Below the pieces are notes generated by a model, which did no database searches, was not told the origin of the DNA, and saw only the letters and a list, made by a program, of their open reading frames with translations. A stretch of 64,000 nucleotides of DNA from a virus. Its lineage: Duplodnaviria > Caudoviricetes. The stretch spans positions 1 to 64,000 of IMG/VR virus record IMGVR_UViG_3300042366_001770. The stretch is one strand, 5' to 3'. The translations under genes were made by a program, and so were the position numbers. This document shows positions 52,142 to 61,975 of the stretch, in pieces; the first letter of the stretch is position 1; every line of letters begins with the position of its first letter.

Positions 52142-53127
52142 AAACCGCAATCATAACAGGCATTACTGGACAAGATGGTAGCTATTTAGCAGAACTACTA
52201 CTAGACAAGAACTATAAAGTCATTGGAATGCATCGACGAAGTAGTATTAATAATTTTGATAGAATCCATCACCTAATAAAATCCCCCTATTTAGTTTTAG
52301 AAGAATGCGATCTGACGGATCCAGCAGGCATATCTAATTTAATAAATAAATATCAGCCCGATGAATTTTATAACTTAGCAGCACAAAGCCACGTAGGATC
52401 ATCCTTTAAAAATCCGTCCACAACCATAGAAATTGACACTCTAGGAGTAGTCAACATACTAGAGGCCATTAGAGCGCACTCTCCTGCAACACGCTTTTAT
52501 CAAGCTAGCACCAGCGAAATGTATGGTAAAAACTATGATACTATTAAATATGATGAACCATACCAGGACGAAGATACCATGTTTATTCCTCAAAGTCCAT
52601 ACGGAGTAGCCAAATTAGCTAGTCATCGATTAGTAGGAATTTATCGTGAGGCTTATGGGCTATTCGGATGTTGCGGCATATTATTTAATCATGAAAGTCC
52701 ACGACGAGGCGAAAACTTTGTGACGCGAAAAATAACCAAATATATCGGCGACCTTGTTAATAATCGCACTAATAAAGTTTTACAGCTAGGAAATTTAAGT
52801 GCCAAAAGAGACTGGGGCCACGCTAAAGATTATGTTAAAGCTATGTGGCTAATGTTACAAAATGATATTGCGGACGATTATGTTGTTGCAACGGGCAGTA
52901 CATATAGTGTTTATGATTTTGTTAAAATTGCTTTTGGTAAAGCCGGATTAAATTACAAAGATCACCTATCTATTGACGAAAATTTATATCGACCAGCAGA
53001 AGTAGAATATTTACGAGGTATTCCAACCAAGGCCCAAAAGAGTCTTGGGTGGCATAGCGACTATTCATTCGAAGACCTAGTTAACGAAATGGTTGAAAGT
53101 GATCTTAGAGTATACGATCATGTTTAG
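52138..53127 (+). CDS. gmd: GDP-mannose 4,6-dehydratase
   Basis: ITGITGQDGSYLAELLL, YNLAAQSHV, FYQASTSE, PQSPYGVAK, LFNHESPRRGENFVTRKI and RDWGHAKDYV. Confidence 0.96.
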   Translation: MKTAIITGITGQDGSYLAELLLDKNYKVIGMHRRSSINNFDRIHHLIKSPYLVLEECDLTDPAGISNLINKYQPDEFYNLAAQSHVGSSFKNPSTTIEIDTLGVVNILEAIRAHSPATRFYQASTSEMYGKNYDTIKYDEPYQDEDTMFIPQSPYGVAKLASHRLVGIYREAYGLFGCCGILFNHESPRRGENFVTRKITKYIGDLVNNRTNKVLQLGNLSAKRDWGHAKDYVKAMWLMLQNDIADDYVVATGSTYSVYDFVKIAFGKAGLNYKDHLSIDENLYRPAEVEYLRGIPTKAQKSLGWHSDYSFEDLVNEMVESDLRVYDHV

Positions 53128-53389
53128 AAATTTTGGAGATTCTCAATATAAACAGTGGCGCAAAAGCGTTTACGAAAGAGACCAGTATAAGTGCAGATGG
53201 CCAAATTGTACTCTAAAACGAAAAATTAATGCTCATCATATCAAAACTTGGGCAAACTATCCTGGATTAAGATTTGATATTAATAACGGTATTACTCTTT
53301 GCAAATATCATCATGATTTAATTAAAGGCATGGAAGAAATTTATGCAGAAACCTTTTTAAGAATATTAGCCAATGATAGACTTCAGTAA
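53093..53389 (+). CDS. HNH endonuclease
   Basis: WRKSVYERDQYKC..C..AHHIK..NGITLCKYHH. Confidence 0.85.
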   Translation: MKVILEYTIMFRNFGDSQYKQWRKSVYERDQYKCRWPNCTLKRKINAHHIKTWANYPGLRFDINNGITLCKYHHDLIKGMEEIYAETFLRILANDRLQ

Positions 53390-53852
53390 CTTTCATATTA
53401 TTGTTGATACAAGAGAACAACATCCATGGGTTTTTGAACACATGACTAAAAGCGTATCTAAATTAGATACTGGAGACTATTCGCTACAAGGACTAGAGAC
53501 CCTATTTTGTATAGAAAGAAAAGGAAGCGTTAGCGAATTCGCTAATAATATTACGGAAAAAAGATTCAAGGATGTTATTGATCGCATGAGACGCATTCCT
53601 TATGCTTTTTTACTATTAGAATTTGATCTTGAAGACATTTTAATATATCCTGTGGGTTCGAATGTTCCCAAAAGAATGTGGGATAAATTAAAAATAGGTC
53701 CAAAATTTATTCTTAAACATATTATTGAACTACAAATATTACATAATATTAAAGTAGTATTCTGTGGCGATGCGTCTAATGCAGAAAAAATGGCCATAAC
53801 AATTATGAGAAAAATCTATGAGCTTTACGGACAACCAGAAAAAAATATTTGA
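53373..53852 (+). CDS. ERCC4/XPF-family nuclease
   Basis: IIVDTREQ, LDTGDYS and IERK. Confidence 0.8.
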   Translation: MIDFSNFHIIVDTREQHPWVFEHMTKSVSKLDTGDYSLQGLETLFCIERKGSVSEFANNITEKRFKDVIDRMRRIPYAFLLLEFDLEDILIYPVGSNVPKRMWDKLKIGPKFILKHIIELQILHNIKVVFCGDASNAEKMAITIMRKIYELYGQPEKNI

Positions 53853-55854
53853 TAATGCTTGGTTGGGTCTTGGTGATTTGTCGGTTTTAAACATACCGAA
53901 TAATCCTATGATTCGACGAACCGAAAAAGAGATAGAGAATCCAGACTTACATCTTATACGATTATTACGTGATCCAAAATATTTTGGTGCCACTTGCAAA
54001 TTACTTTTTAATATTGAACTTCATCCTATGCAAGTAGTAATTTTACAGGAATTTTGGAATCGTCCATTCCCTATGTATATTGCTAGTCGTGGTTGGGGTA
54101 AAAGCTTTTTATTAGCTTTGTATTCTGTTTTACGATGTATTTTTCATCCGGGAACTAAAATAGTTATTGTTGGTGCTGCATTTCGTCAAAGTAAAATTAT
54201 CTTTGAATATATGGAAAATATGTGGCGTACTAGTCCAATCTTACGCAGTATATTTACAGGATCTGATGATGGTCCGCGTCGAGATGTTGATAGATGTACA
54301 ATAAGGTTAGGAGACAGCTGGACAATTGCTGTACCAATGGGCGATGGTAGCAAAATTAGAGGATTAAGAGCACACATTATCATCGCAGACGAGTTCGCAT
54401 CAATATCTCCGGACATTTATGAAACAGTAGTAGCTGGATTCGCTGCTGTATCTGCTAGTCCTATTCAGAACGTTAAAGAAGAAGCCCGTAAACAAGCTAT
54501 GAAAGATGCTGGTGTTTGGAATAATGATTTAGAAATTTTAAGTTATAAAATGGGCAACCAAGCTATTATTAGTGGAACTGCTGATTATGCCTTTAAACAC
54601 TTTGCATCCTATTGGAGACGATATAAAGCAATTATAGAAAGCGGCGGAGACAATAGAAAGCTAGGAGAAATATTTAATGGAGAAGTTCCAGATAATTTTA
54701 ATTGGCAAGACTATAGTATTATTCGCATACCGTATGAATTAATACCCAAAGGTTTTATGGATGATAAACAAGTGGCACGAGCCAAAGCAACTATTCATAC
54801 TGGCATATATAATATGGAATACGCTGCTTGCTTTACTGCTGATAGTGACGGATTTTTTAAACGAAGCCTTATAGAGAGTTGTGTTGTTAGTGATACCAAA
54901 CCCATATTACTAGATAGTAAACCTATTCTATTTGATGCAACTGTAACTGGAAACGCTAATCATCACTATGTATATGGTATAGACCCTGCTTCTGAAAGAG
55001 ACAACTTTAGTATTGTTATATTAGAAGTTCATAAAGACCATTGTAGAGTAGTTTATTGTTGGACTACTAATCGTAATAATTTTAAAGAAAGACAAAAAAC
55101 AGGGCTGATTAAAGACCATGATTTTTATAGCTATTGTGCTAGAAAGATACGAGATTTAATGAAAAGCTTTCCTCCTTTACGCATCGGGCTTGATGCTCAA
55201 GGTGGTGGAGTATCTATTGAAGAAGCTTTACACGACCCTAATCGTCTTCAAGAAGGAGAATCTTTAATATGGCCTGTTATTGATTATGATAAATCTAAAG
55301 ACACTGATGATCAACCAGGACAACATATTCTTGAACTAATTCAATTTGTTAGAGCAGATTGGACTGGCCAGGCTAATCATGGACTAAGAAAAGACTTAGA
55401 GGATAAGGCTTTGCTATTTCCTCGCTTTGATCAATTAACACTTGGATTAGCTTTAGATAAAGAAGGTAAAGATATTATGAACACAGATTTATCTCCACTA
55501 TATGACAGCCTCAGTGAATGCATTTTAGAAATAGAAGAACTAAAAAATGAGCTTACTACTATAGTAATGACACAAACCAGTACAGGGTCCGGAGGAAGAG
55601 ATCGATGGGATACTCCAGAAGTTAAACTACAAAACGGTAAAAAAGGAAGACTAAGAAAAGACCGATATAGTGCTTTAGTAATAGCTAATATGATAGCTAG
55701 ACAACAAAGAATAGCTTTAGTTCCTCAAAATAACTATGAGGTTATTGGAGGTAACAGAGATCAAATAGTAAAACATGAAGGACAGATGTATAAAGGACCA
55801 GATTGGTTTGTAGCCGGGGCCAACGACGATATTTACGGCGGAATTTATAGATAA
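53818..55854 (+). CDS. terL: Terminase large subunit
   Basis: Walker A ASRGWGKS, IRGLRA, Walker B IIIADE, nuclease YGIDPA, and KDRYSA. Confidence 0.9.
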   Translation: MSFTDNQKKIFDNAWLGLGDLSVLNIPNNPMIRRTEKEIENPDLHLIRLLRDPKYFGATCKLLFNIELHPMQVVILQEFWNRPFPMYIASRGWGKSFLLALYSVLRCIFHPGTKIVIVGAAFRQSKIIFEYMENMWRTSPILRSIFTGSDDGPRRDVDRCTIRLGDSWTIAVPMGDGSKIRGLRAHIIIADEFASISPDIYETVVAGFAAVSASPIQNVKEEARKQAMKDAGVWNNDLEILSYKMGNQAIISGTADYAFKHFASYWRRYKAIIESGGDNRKLGEIFNGEVPDNFNWQDYSIIRIPYELIPKGFMDDKQVARAKATIHTGIYNMEYAACFTADSDGFFKRSLIESCVVSDTKPILLDSKPILFDATVTGNANHHYVYGIDPASERDNFSIVILEVHKDHCRVVYCWTTNRNNFKERQKTGLIKDHDFYSYCARKIRDLMKSFPPLRIGLDAQGGGVSIEEALHDPNRLQEGESLIWPVIDYDKSKDTDDQPGQHILELIQFVRADWTGQANHGLRKDLEDKALLFPRFDQLTLGLALDKEGKDIMNTDLSPLYDSLSECILEIEELKNELTTIVMTQTSTGSGGRDRWDTPEVKLQNGKKGRLRKDRYSALVIANMIARQQRIALVPQNNYEVIGGNRDQIVKHEGQMYKGPDWFVAGANDDIYGGIYR

Positions 55855-55911
55855 TTAGTGTATTAAAGATACAATCGCATTACAATCCCAATACAATGGT
55901 ATTAAAAATAT

Positions 55912-58080
55912 ATGAGCAAAAAATATCCAAAAAGTAGCGCTATTAATGATGCTTCCATAATTGGTGAAGAAGCCTATGTTACATGGGGAGACGATCTAGG
56001 CAGTAAAAAAGAAGCTCTTAAAACATCCTCAGAAGCTATGTCGGAATATACTTTAGTAGAACATTCTTCTGCTATGAGACGCTATGGATTAGACTATTCT
56101 GGCTTAGATTCTAATACTGATGGTCGTCCTGGCCTAACGCGTAGTGATTATGACTTCTTTAGACCAGACGAAGCAGTTCCTAAAAGAATAAAAGGTATTA
56201 TTAAAAAAGCAGAAGATATTTACCAACGAATAGGTTTAGTAAAAAATGTTGTCGATCTTATGGGCGATTTTGGATCCCAAGGTATTCGTCTAGTTCATAA
56301 AAACAAAAGAATTGAAAGATTTTACAGAACATGGTTTAAAAAAATCAAAGGCAAAGAACGCAGCGAACGATTTCTTAATAATCTATACAAAACAGGCAAT
56401 GTTGTTATTAATAGACAAACTGGAAAACTTAGTCTTAAAGTATCTGATGAACTATATAAAGCCGTTGGTAATGCTGATTTACAAATAAACGAAACAGAAA
56501 CTATCAAATTAGAAAAAAGAGAAATTCCATGGAAATATACTTTCATTGATCCATTTTATGTTGAGGTATCTGCTGGAGCTTTATCCTCTTTTTCTCCAAG
56601 CAAAACCTACGAACTAGTATTACCAGCAGCCTTAAGAAGAGTTATTAATTCTCCCAAAACACCACAAGAACAAGCCATAGTAACTAATTTACCAATTCAA
56701 ATTGTTGAAGCAGCTAAAACCAAGAAGCCTTTTCCTCTAGACCCGGATAAGGTTTTAGTTTTTCATTACAAGAAAGATGATTGGCAAAGCTGGGCTTATC
56801 CTATGATCTATAGTATTATGGACGATATTACAGTTATAGAAAAATTAAAATTAGCAGATATGGCGGCTTTAGACGGCGCAATTAGTAATATTCGCATTTT
56901 TAAACTCGGTAGCCTTGAACATAAAATTTCTCCAACAAAAGCTGCGGCAGCAAAGCTGGCTCAGATTCTTGGTAATAATGTTGGTGGCGGCACTATGGAT
57001 CTTGTTTGGGGTCCAGATATAGAACTAATTGAGAGTAAAACTAATGTTCATCAATTTTTAGGAGAAGCTAAATATACGCCACACCTTAATAGTGTTTATG
57101 CTGGCTTAGGTATTCCTCCAACACTAACTGGAACGTATGGAGCAGCTGGAACAACAAATAACTTTATCAGCTTAAAAACTCTCACACAGAGACTTCAATA
57201 CGGAAGAGATGCATTAACAGAATTTTGGGACAGAGAGATAGCTTTAGTACAAAAAGCCATGGGATTTAGATACCCTGCTCGTGTAGAATTTGATAAAATG
57301 GATCTCAGTAACGAAGATGCCGAAAAGGCTCTATTAATACAACTAGCTGATAGAAGTCTTATTAGCGATGAATTATTACAACATAGATTTGGCATTGATC
57401 CGGACATGGAAAAGAGTAGACTTAATAGAGAAGCTAGAGATAGAAAGAGTGAAAGAATGGTTAAAAAATCCGGGCCTTGGCACGATCCACAACCAGAAAA
57501 CGGACTCAAGAAAATTGCGTTACAAAGTGGCGTAGCATCTCCTAGCGAAGTTGGTCTACAATTAGATGCTAGAAAAAATGGAGAAAAAAGCTCATTAGAA
57601 CTAAGGCAAGCTTTTAAACCAACACAGTTGGCCAAAGATTCGCCAGAATCTTTGCCAGGGGAGCCGCAGCAAGGCAGGCCAAAATTATCCAGAGATTCCG
57701 AAAAGCGCAAACAAAAAGAATTTCGACCGCAAACCGGAGCCAGTCTAATTCTTTGGGCGTCACAAGCACAAGAAAATATAGCTAGTATTATCAATCCCAT
57801 TATGCTAGAATTTTATCAGAAAAAAAATTTGCGATCACTATCAAGCACAGAGGTTAAAGAGCTAGAAAACCTTAAAGCAGAAATACTTTTTGGACTAAAG
57901 CCCTTCTGCACAATTAATTCTGAATATATTTCAGAAAAAATATCTAATATAAATCATCAATCTTTAGAAGGTTATAGTGTATGGATAAAAGGCGTAGTAT
58001 CTGAGTTGGGCAGAGAATTGTCATCAGATGAACAAAAACAGGCTAAAGCCACATACTATGCTTTTATTAATCAACAATAA
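55912..58080 (+). CDS. Portal protein
   Basis: 722 aa directly after TerL; portal-like VYAGLGIPPTL segment; synteny. Confidence 0.75.
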   Translation: MSKKYPKSSAINDASIIGEEAYVTWGDDLGSKKEALKTSSEAMSEYTLVEHSSAMRRYGLDYSGLDSNTDGRPGLTRSDYDFFRPDEAVPKRIKGIIKKAEDIYQRIGLVKNVVDLMGDFGSQGIRLVHKNKRIERFYRTWFKKIKGKERSERFLNNLYKTGNVVINRQTGKLSLKVSDELYKAVGNADLQINETETIKLEKREIPWKYTFIDPFYVEVSAGALSSFSPSKTYELVLPAALRRVINSPKTPQEQAIVTNLPIQIVEAAKTKKPFPLDPDKVLVFHYKKDDWQSWAYPMIYSIMDDITVIEKLKLADMAALDGAISNIRIFKLGSLEHKISPTKAAAAKLAQILGNNVGGGTMDLVWGPDIELIESKTNVHQFLGEAKYTPHLNSVYAGLGIPPTLTGTYGAAGTTNNFISLKTLTQRLQYGRDALTEFWDREIALVQKAMGFRYPARVEFDKMDLSNEDAEKALLIQLADRSLISDELLQHRFGIDPDMEKSRLNREARDRKSERMVKKSGPWHDPQPENGLKKIALQSGVASPSEVGLQLDARKNGEKSSLELRQAFKPTQLAKDSPESLPGEPQQGRPKLSRDSEKRKQKEFRPQTGASLILWASQAQENIASIINPIMLEFYQKKNLRSLSSTEVKELENLKAEILFGLKPFCTINSEYISEKISNINHQSLEGYSVWIKGVVSELGRELSSDEQKQAKATYYAFINQQ

Positions 58081-58101
58081 TAATTTTGAAGGTTTCATCA
58101 T

Positions 58102-59670
58102 ATGATTATTTATCCTCAAGAGACAGATGATGGATTAGCAGAACAGATATCTAGTTCTGCTTCTATAGCATATGCTTCTATTCTGGAACCAGTAGAATTA
58201 TCTAAGCTAAAAAGTATAGCAGCAAAAAGTTCCGGATCATTCAGCGATGCTGATCTATATTATGTTCAATCAATTTTAGTAAGCTCTTCTTGGAATAAAA
58301 ACGATGATATTTTTGATAAAGCTGAAGTTTGGGCTGCTCGTAAAACACCTGAAGATAAACCCACTAATCTGGAACATGATGAAAATCTTATTATAGGACA
58401 TATCACATCTAATTGGCCTATTGATGAAGACGGTACTCCAATTGATGATAATATTGATCCTGGTTTATTACCAGATAAATTTCATATTTTAACTGGTTCA
58501 GTTATTTATAGGGCTTTTAGCAGTACAGATCTTAAAGAAAGAGCTGAAAAATTAATTGCTGAAATTGAAAATGGAACAAAATATGTTAGTATGGAATGTT
58601 ATTTTAGAAATTTTGATTATGGATTAATTAATAAAGCCACTTCAGAATATAAAATTTTAGCAAGAAATAATGATACTGCATATTTAACAAAACATCTTAG
58701 AGCCTATGGTGGAAAAGGCGAACACCAAGACTATAAGATAGGTCGAGTACTAAGAAATATCACTTTTAGTGGTAAAGGTTTTGTCGATAAACCAGCTAAT
58801 CCTGATAGTATTATTTTTACTAAAAAGCAAATGACTGATATATTGACGAAAAAAAATGAAGATTTATCTAATTCAGGTGTAATACTAAATAAGTCTACCT
58901 CAAATGTGGAGAATATAACTATGACTGAAAATCTAGAAAAACAAGTGGCAGAACTAGGCGCAAAAATTGATAACGTTTCAGCTAACTGCGCTGATACTGT
59001 CAAAGAAGCATATTCATTAGCTTCTCAACTCAAAGATACTAACCAAACTCTTGAAGCTGCTATGAAAGAAAAAGACGAAGAGATGAAGAAAATGAAAGCA
59101 GCAAAAGAAGATATGGAAGAAGAAATGAAGAAGATGAAAGCTGCTTTTGATGTAGAACTTGAGACATTAGCCAAAAAGTACGATAGTGAAAAGGCAGTTA
59201 TGGACGAAGAGGCTAAGAAAACTAAGAGCGAACTAGATGTCGCTAACGAAGCTTTAGCCGCTATGAAAATGAAAGAAGAAGAGATGGCTAAGAAAGAAAA
59301 GAAAATGAAAAGAATGGCCTCTCTAATTGAACAAGGCGTAGACACTGAGGTCGCAGCGAGTGTTGTGGATAAATTCGAATCCATCGAAGACGAAGCTTTT
59401 GATAGCATGACTTCACTATTTGCTGGTAAAATGCCTCCTTGGTTAGAAAAAATCAAGAAAGACAAGACCAAGAAAGAAGAAGCTGCCGTTATGCCACCAA
59501 AGAAGAAGCCCATGGCATCAGAAGACGAAAGTGTTTCTGCCCTAGAAGAAGTTGAAGTCGAAGAAACTGTTGATCTTAGTGTTGGCAGTGATGAGACAGA
59601 AACAAAAACAGAAACAGTTCGTGCAGAACTTTTAGAATTCGTAAGCGCTAGACTCGGTAAAAACTCATAA
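58102..59670 (+). CDS. Prohead protease fused to scaffold
   Basis: N-terminal NKNDD..PTNLEH..IIGH..VSMEC..FSGKGFVDKPA protease-like motifs; C-terminal charged coiled coil. Confidence 0.75.
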   Translation: MIIYPQETDDGLAEQISSSASIAYASILEPVELSKLKSIAAKSSGSFSDADLYYVQSILVSSSWNKNDDIFDKAEVWAARKTPEDKPTNLEHDENLIIGHITSNWPIDEDGTPIDDNIDPGLLPDKFHILTGSVIYRAFSSTDLKERAEKLIAEIENGTKYVSMECYFRNFDYGLINKATSEYKILARNNDTAYLTKHLRAYGGKGEHQDYKIGRVLRNITFSGKGFVDKPANPDSIIFTKKQMTDILTKKNEDLSNSGVILNKSTSNVENITMTENLEKQVAELGAKIDNVSANCADTVKEAYSLASQLKDTNQTLEAAMKEKDEEMKKMKAAKEDMEEEMKKMKAAFDVELETLAKKYDSEKAVMDEEAKKTKSELDVANEALAAMKMKEEEMAKKEKKMKRMASLIEQGVDTEVAASVVDKFESIEDEAFDSMTSLFAGKMPPWLEKIKKDKTKKEEAAVMPPKKKPMASEDESVSALEEVEVEETVDLSVGSDETETKTETVRAELLEFVSARLGKNS

Positions 59671-59686
59671 TAAGGGAGAAGTAAAC

Positions 59687-60157
59687 ATGGCTCTAAAACC
59701 TGATCGTATCGAATTACAAACAGACGTTTCATTTTTCATGAACACAACAGCTACCAGAGGTGGCGTTGCTTCAGTATCTACCGGTGGTTCTGGCGTGGCA
59801 ATGGACGACAGCAACGCTGTTGTTAGTTACGCCGCAACAACTAGCGGATGCAAGCCTGTTGGTGTTCTTCTAAATGATGTTGTTAATCTTGATCTTACAA
59901 GACAACACATCAATTGGCACAAAGACGAAGTTCAAGTCGGTGGCAAAGTTACTTTGCTACAAGTTGGTCAAGTTACAACTAATCTTGTAACCGGTACACC
60001 ATCTGCTGGTGCTGCTGCTTATGTTGGTGCAAGCGGTTATTTCTCCGCTTCTGCTCCTGCGGACGGCACAACAGAAGATGCAGTTTATAAAGTTGGTCGT
60101 TTTTTGAGTTCAAAAGACGCAGATGGTTATGTCAAAGTAGCAGTAAACATTGCCTAA
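59687..60157 (+). CDS. Capsid decoration/cement-like protein
   Basis: Small Gly/Ala/Val-rich beta protein between the scaffold and MCP genes (synteny). Confidence 0.6.
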   Translation: MALKPDRIELQTDVSFFMNTTATRGGVASVSTGGSGVAMDDSNAVVSYAATTSGCKPVGVLLNDVVNLDLTRQHINWHKDEVQVGGKVTLLQVGQVTTNLVTGTPSAGAAAYVGASGYFSASAPADGTTEDAVYKVGRFLSSKDADGYVKVAVNIA

Positions 60158-60181
60158 TCAAACAAAAGGGAGAACATAAAC

Positions 60182-61192
60182 ATGTCAGCAAATAGTAAAG
60201 TTTTTCAACCAACACCAGAATTAACAGATCTTCTTGTTCGTTCTGGCTCTGCACACAGAGAAACATCGTTAGCTGCTAATGCAGAGTTTGCAAAAGCTCT
60301 AGAGCAGCCACTTCGTCAGGGTGTATTAAATGGCGATATTCTGAACGGCATCTTCGAACCAATTCGTTTGGCTCAAAGTGCTACTCCAGAATTTCCCCTT
60401 GATTTTCTAGCTCCAGGAACAGAAAAGGACTTTGTTGCCTATACTGTTCCAAATCACGGCTATATTCCAGAACGCCATGTTGAGGGTGACTATGTTATGG
60501 TCCCAACCTTCGATATTGGCGCCAGTATCGACTATCTCCTAAAGTATGCTAGAGATGCTCGCTGGGATGTTGTTGGTCGTGCTATGGAAGTTCTAGAGGC
60601 TTCATTTGTTAAGAAGATGAATGATGATGGCTGGCATACACTTCTGGCTGCTGGTGTTGATCGCAACATCGTAGTTTATGATAGTGATGCTGCTGCTGGT
60701 CAGTTCACAAAGCGTCTCGTTAGTTTGATGAAGACCGTTATGCGTCGTAACGGTGGCGGTAACTCTGCTTCAAATAATCGTGGTCTTTTAACAGATCTAT
60801 ACGTTTCTCCCGAAGCTATGGAAGATATCCGTAATTGGGGCGTTGATCAGGTTGATGAAGTCACTCGTCGTGAAATCTATACCGCTGCTGATGGTTCTGT
60901 TAACAGAGTCTTTGGTGTTAATCTTCACGACCTAGACGAACTTGGTGAAGGTCAAGAATATCAACTCTTCTACAACAACACACTAAGCGCCAGTCTCCCA
61001 GGTGGTGACAACGAGCTAGTTGTTGGCCTTGATCTCCGTAAGAGAGATAGTTTCATAATGCCAATTCGTGAAGAGGTTCAGATCTTCGAAGACGATACCC
61101 TACATCGTCAGAAAAGAGCTGGTTTCTACGGTTGGGCAGAGCAAGGCTTTGCTGTTCTTGATAATCGTAGAGTTCTTCTTGGCTCTCTATAA
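60182..61192 (+). CDS. Major capsid protein (HK97 fold)
   Basis: 336 aa, strong GGGAG RBS, biased codon use, position after protease and decoration genes, followed by a strong terminator. Confidence 0.8.
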   Translation: MSANSKVFQPTPELTDLLVRSGSAHRETSLAANAEFAKALEQPLRQGVLNGDILNGIFEPIRLAQSATPEFPLDFLAPGTEKDFVAYTVPNHGYIPERHVEGDYVMVPTFDIGASIDYLLKYARDARWDVVGRAMEVLEASFVKKMNDDGWHTLLAAGVDRNIVVYDSDAAAGQFTKRLVSLMKTVMRRNGGGNSASNNRGLLTDLYVSPEAMEDIRNWGVDQVDEVTRREIYTAADGSVNRVFGVNLHDLDELGEGQEYQLFYNNTLSASLPGGDNELVVGLDLRKRDSFIMPIREEVQIFEDDTLHRQKRAGFYGWAEQGFAVLDNRRVLLGSL

Positions 61193-61219
61193 TAGTTCGT
61201 TGATTTTGCAATGAATAAG

Positions 61220-61248
61220 AAAAGCCGCTCATTCGGGCGGCTTTTTTT
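61220..61248 (+). terminator. Intrinsic terminator after the MCP gene
   Basis: AAAAGCCGCTC-ATTC-GGGCGGCTTTTTTT. Confidence 0.9.
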
Positions 61249-61305
61249 ATTATTGTGATGGGTGTATTAATATAATGATAAGCACTCTTTTTCAGGAGTC
61301 ATTTA

Positions 61306-61707
61306 ATGCCAGCAGCAGAATATAACTTTAGTATAGAACAAGGTAGCTCTTTTAAATTGGCATTAGTATATAAAGACGATAGCGGTAGTCCTATCAATAT
61401 CACAGGATGGTGTGCTCGGCTAATATGGAAGACTAATGCTAATGTAACACAGGTTTTTACAACAGAGAACATTGATTATAGTGTATATAAATTTACTATT
61501 GATGGTGCTAATGGAAAATTAACTTTATTATTTCCAGCTAACACCACCAATGGATTTTCATTTACTAATGCTAAATATGACTTAGAATTGCAGTCAGACG
61601 ATAACTTTTATAGTGAAGGTGGAAAATACGTTATTAGAATTATATATGGTACTGTAACTATTTTGAAGCGTAAAAGTAAAACTGACACTTTATTGGATTG
61701 TACATAA
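61306..61707 (+). CDS. Virion structural protein (beta-sandwich adaptor-like)
   Basis: YNFSIEQGSSF..PINITGWCAR..AKYDLEL..GTV, a pattern common in phage structural modules. Confidence 0.55.
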   Translation: MPAAEYNFSIEQGSSFKLALVYKDDSGSPINITGWCARLIWKTNANVTQVFTTENIDYSVYKFTIDGANGKLTLLFPANTTNGFSFTNAKYDLELQSDDNFYSEGGKYVIRIIYGTVTILKRKSKTDTLLDCT

Positions 61708-61949
61708 TGAGCTATATCTATGTTGTAGAAATTGAAAGTGAACCATTGACATCTATAGAGATCGAAAGCGGCTCTATAGCAGATATTCCTAATATTTATT
61801 TGGAAGTTGTTAATACTGAAAAAATTTTAGTATCAGACCTACCACCAGTATCATTTACTGGAACCATAACAACATCTCAAATTACTGATTTAGATGTTTA
61901 TTTAAGTAATTTTATCGATAACTATGAGATAGACTGCGGAACACCATAA
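61698..61949 (+). CDS. Small acidic virion-associated protein
   Basis: Ends in IDCGTP, similar to the IDGGSP end of the next gene. Confidence 0.5.
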   Translation: MYIMSYIYVVEIESEPLTSIEIESGSIADIPNIYLEVVNTEKILVSDLPPVSFTGTITTSQITDLDVYLSNFIDNYEIDCGTP

Positions 61950-61975
61950 AACCATCCTAATTTCGGAGAATTAAA

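Noticed and set aside
57195..59732. Minus-strand ORFs 57195-57800 and 59025-59732
   Set aside because: They are shadows of the portal and scaffold genes; the Ser/Phe-rich composition simply mirrors the Glu/Lys codons on the plus strand.
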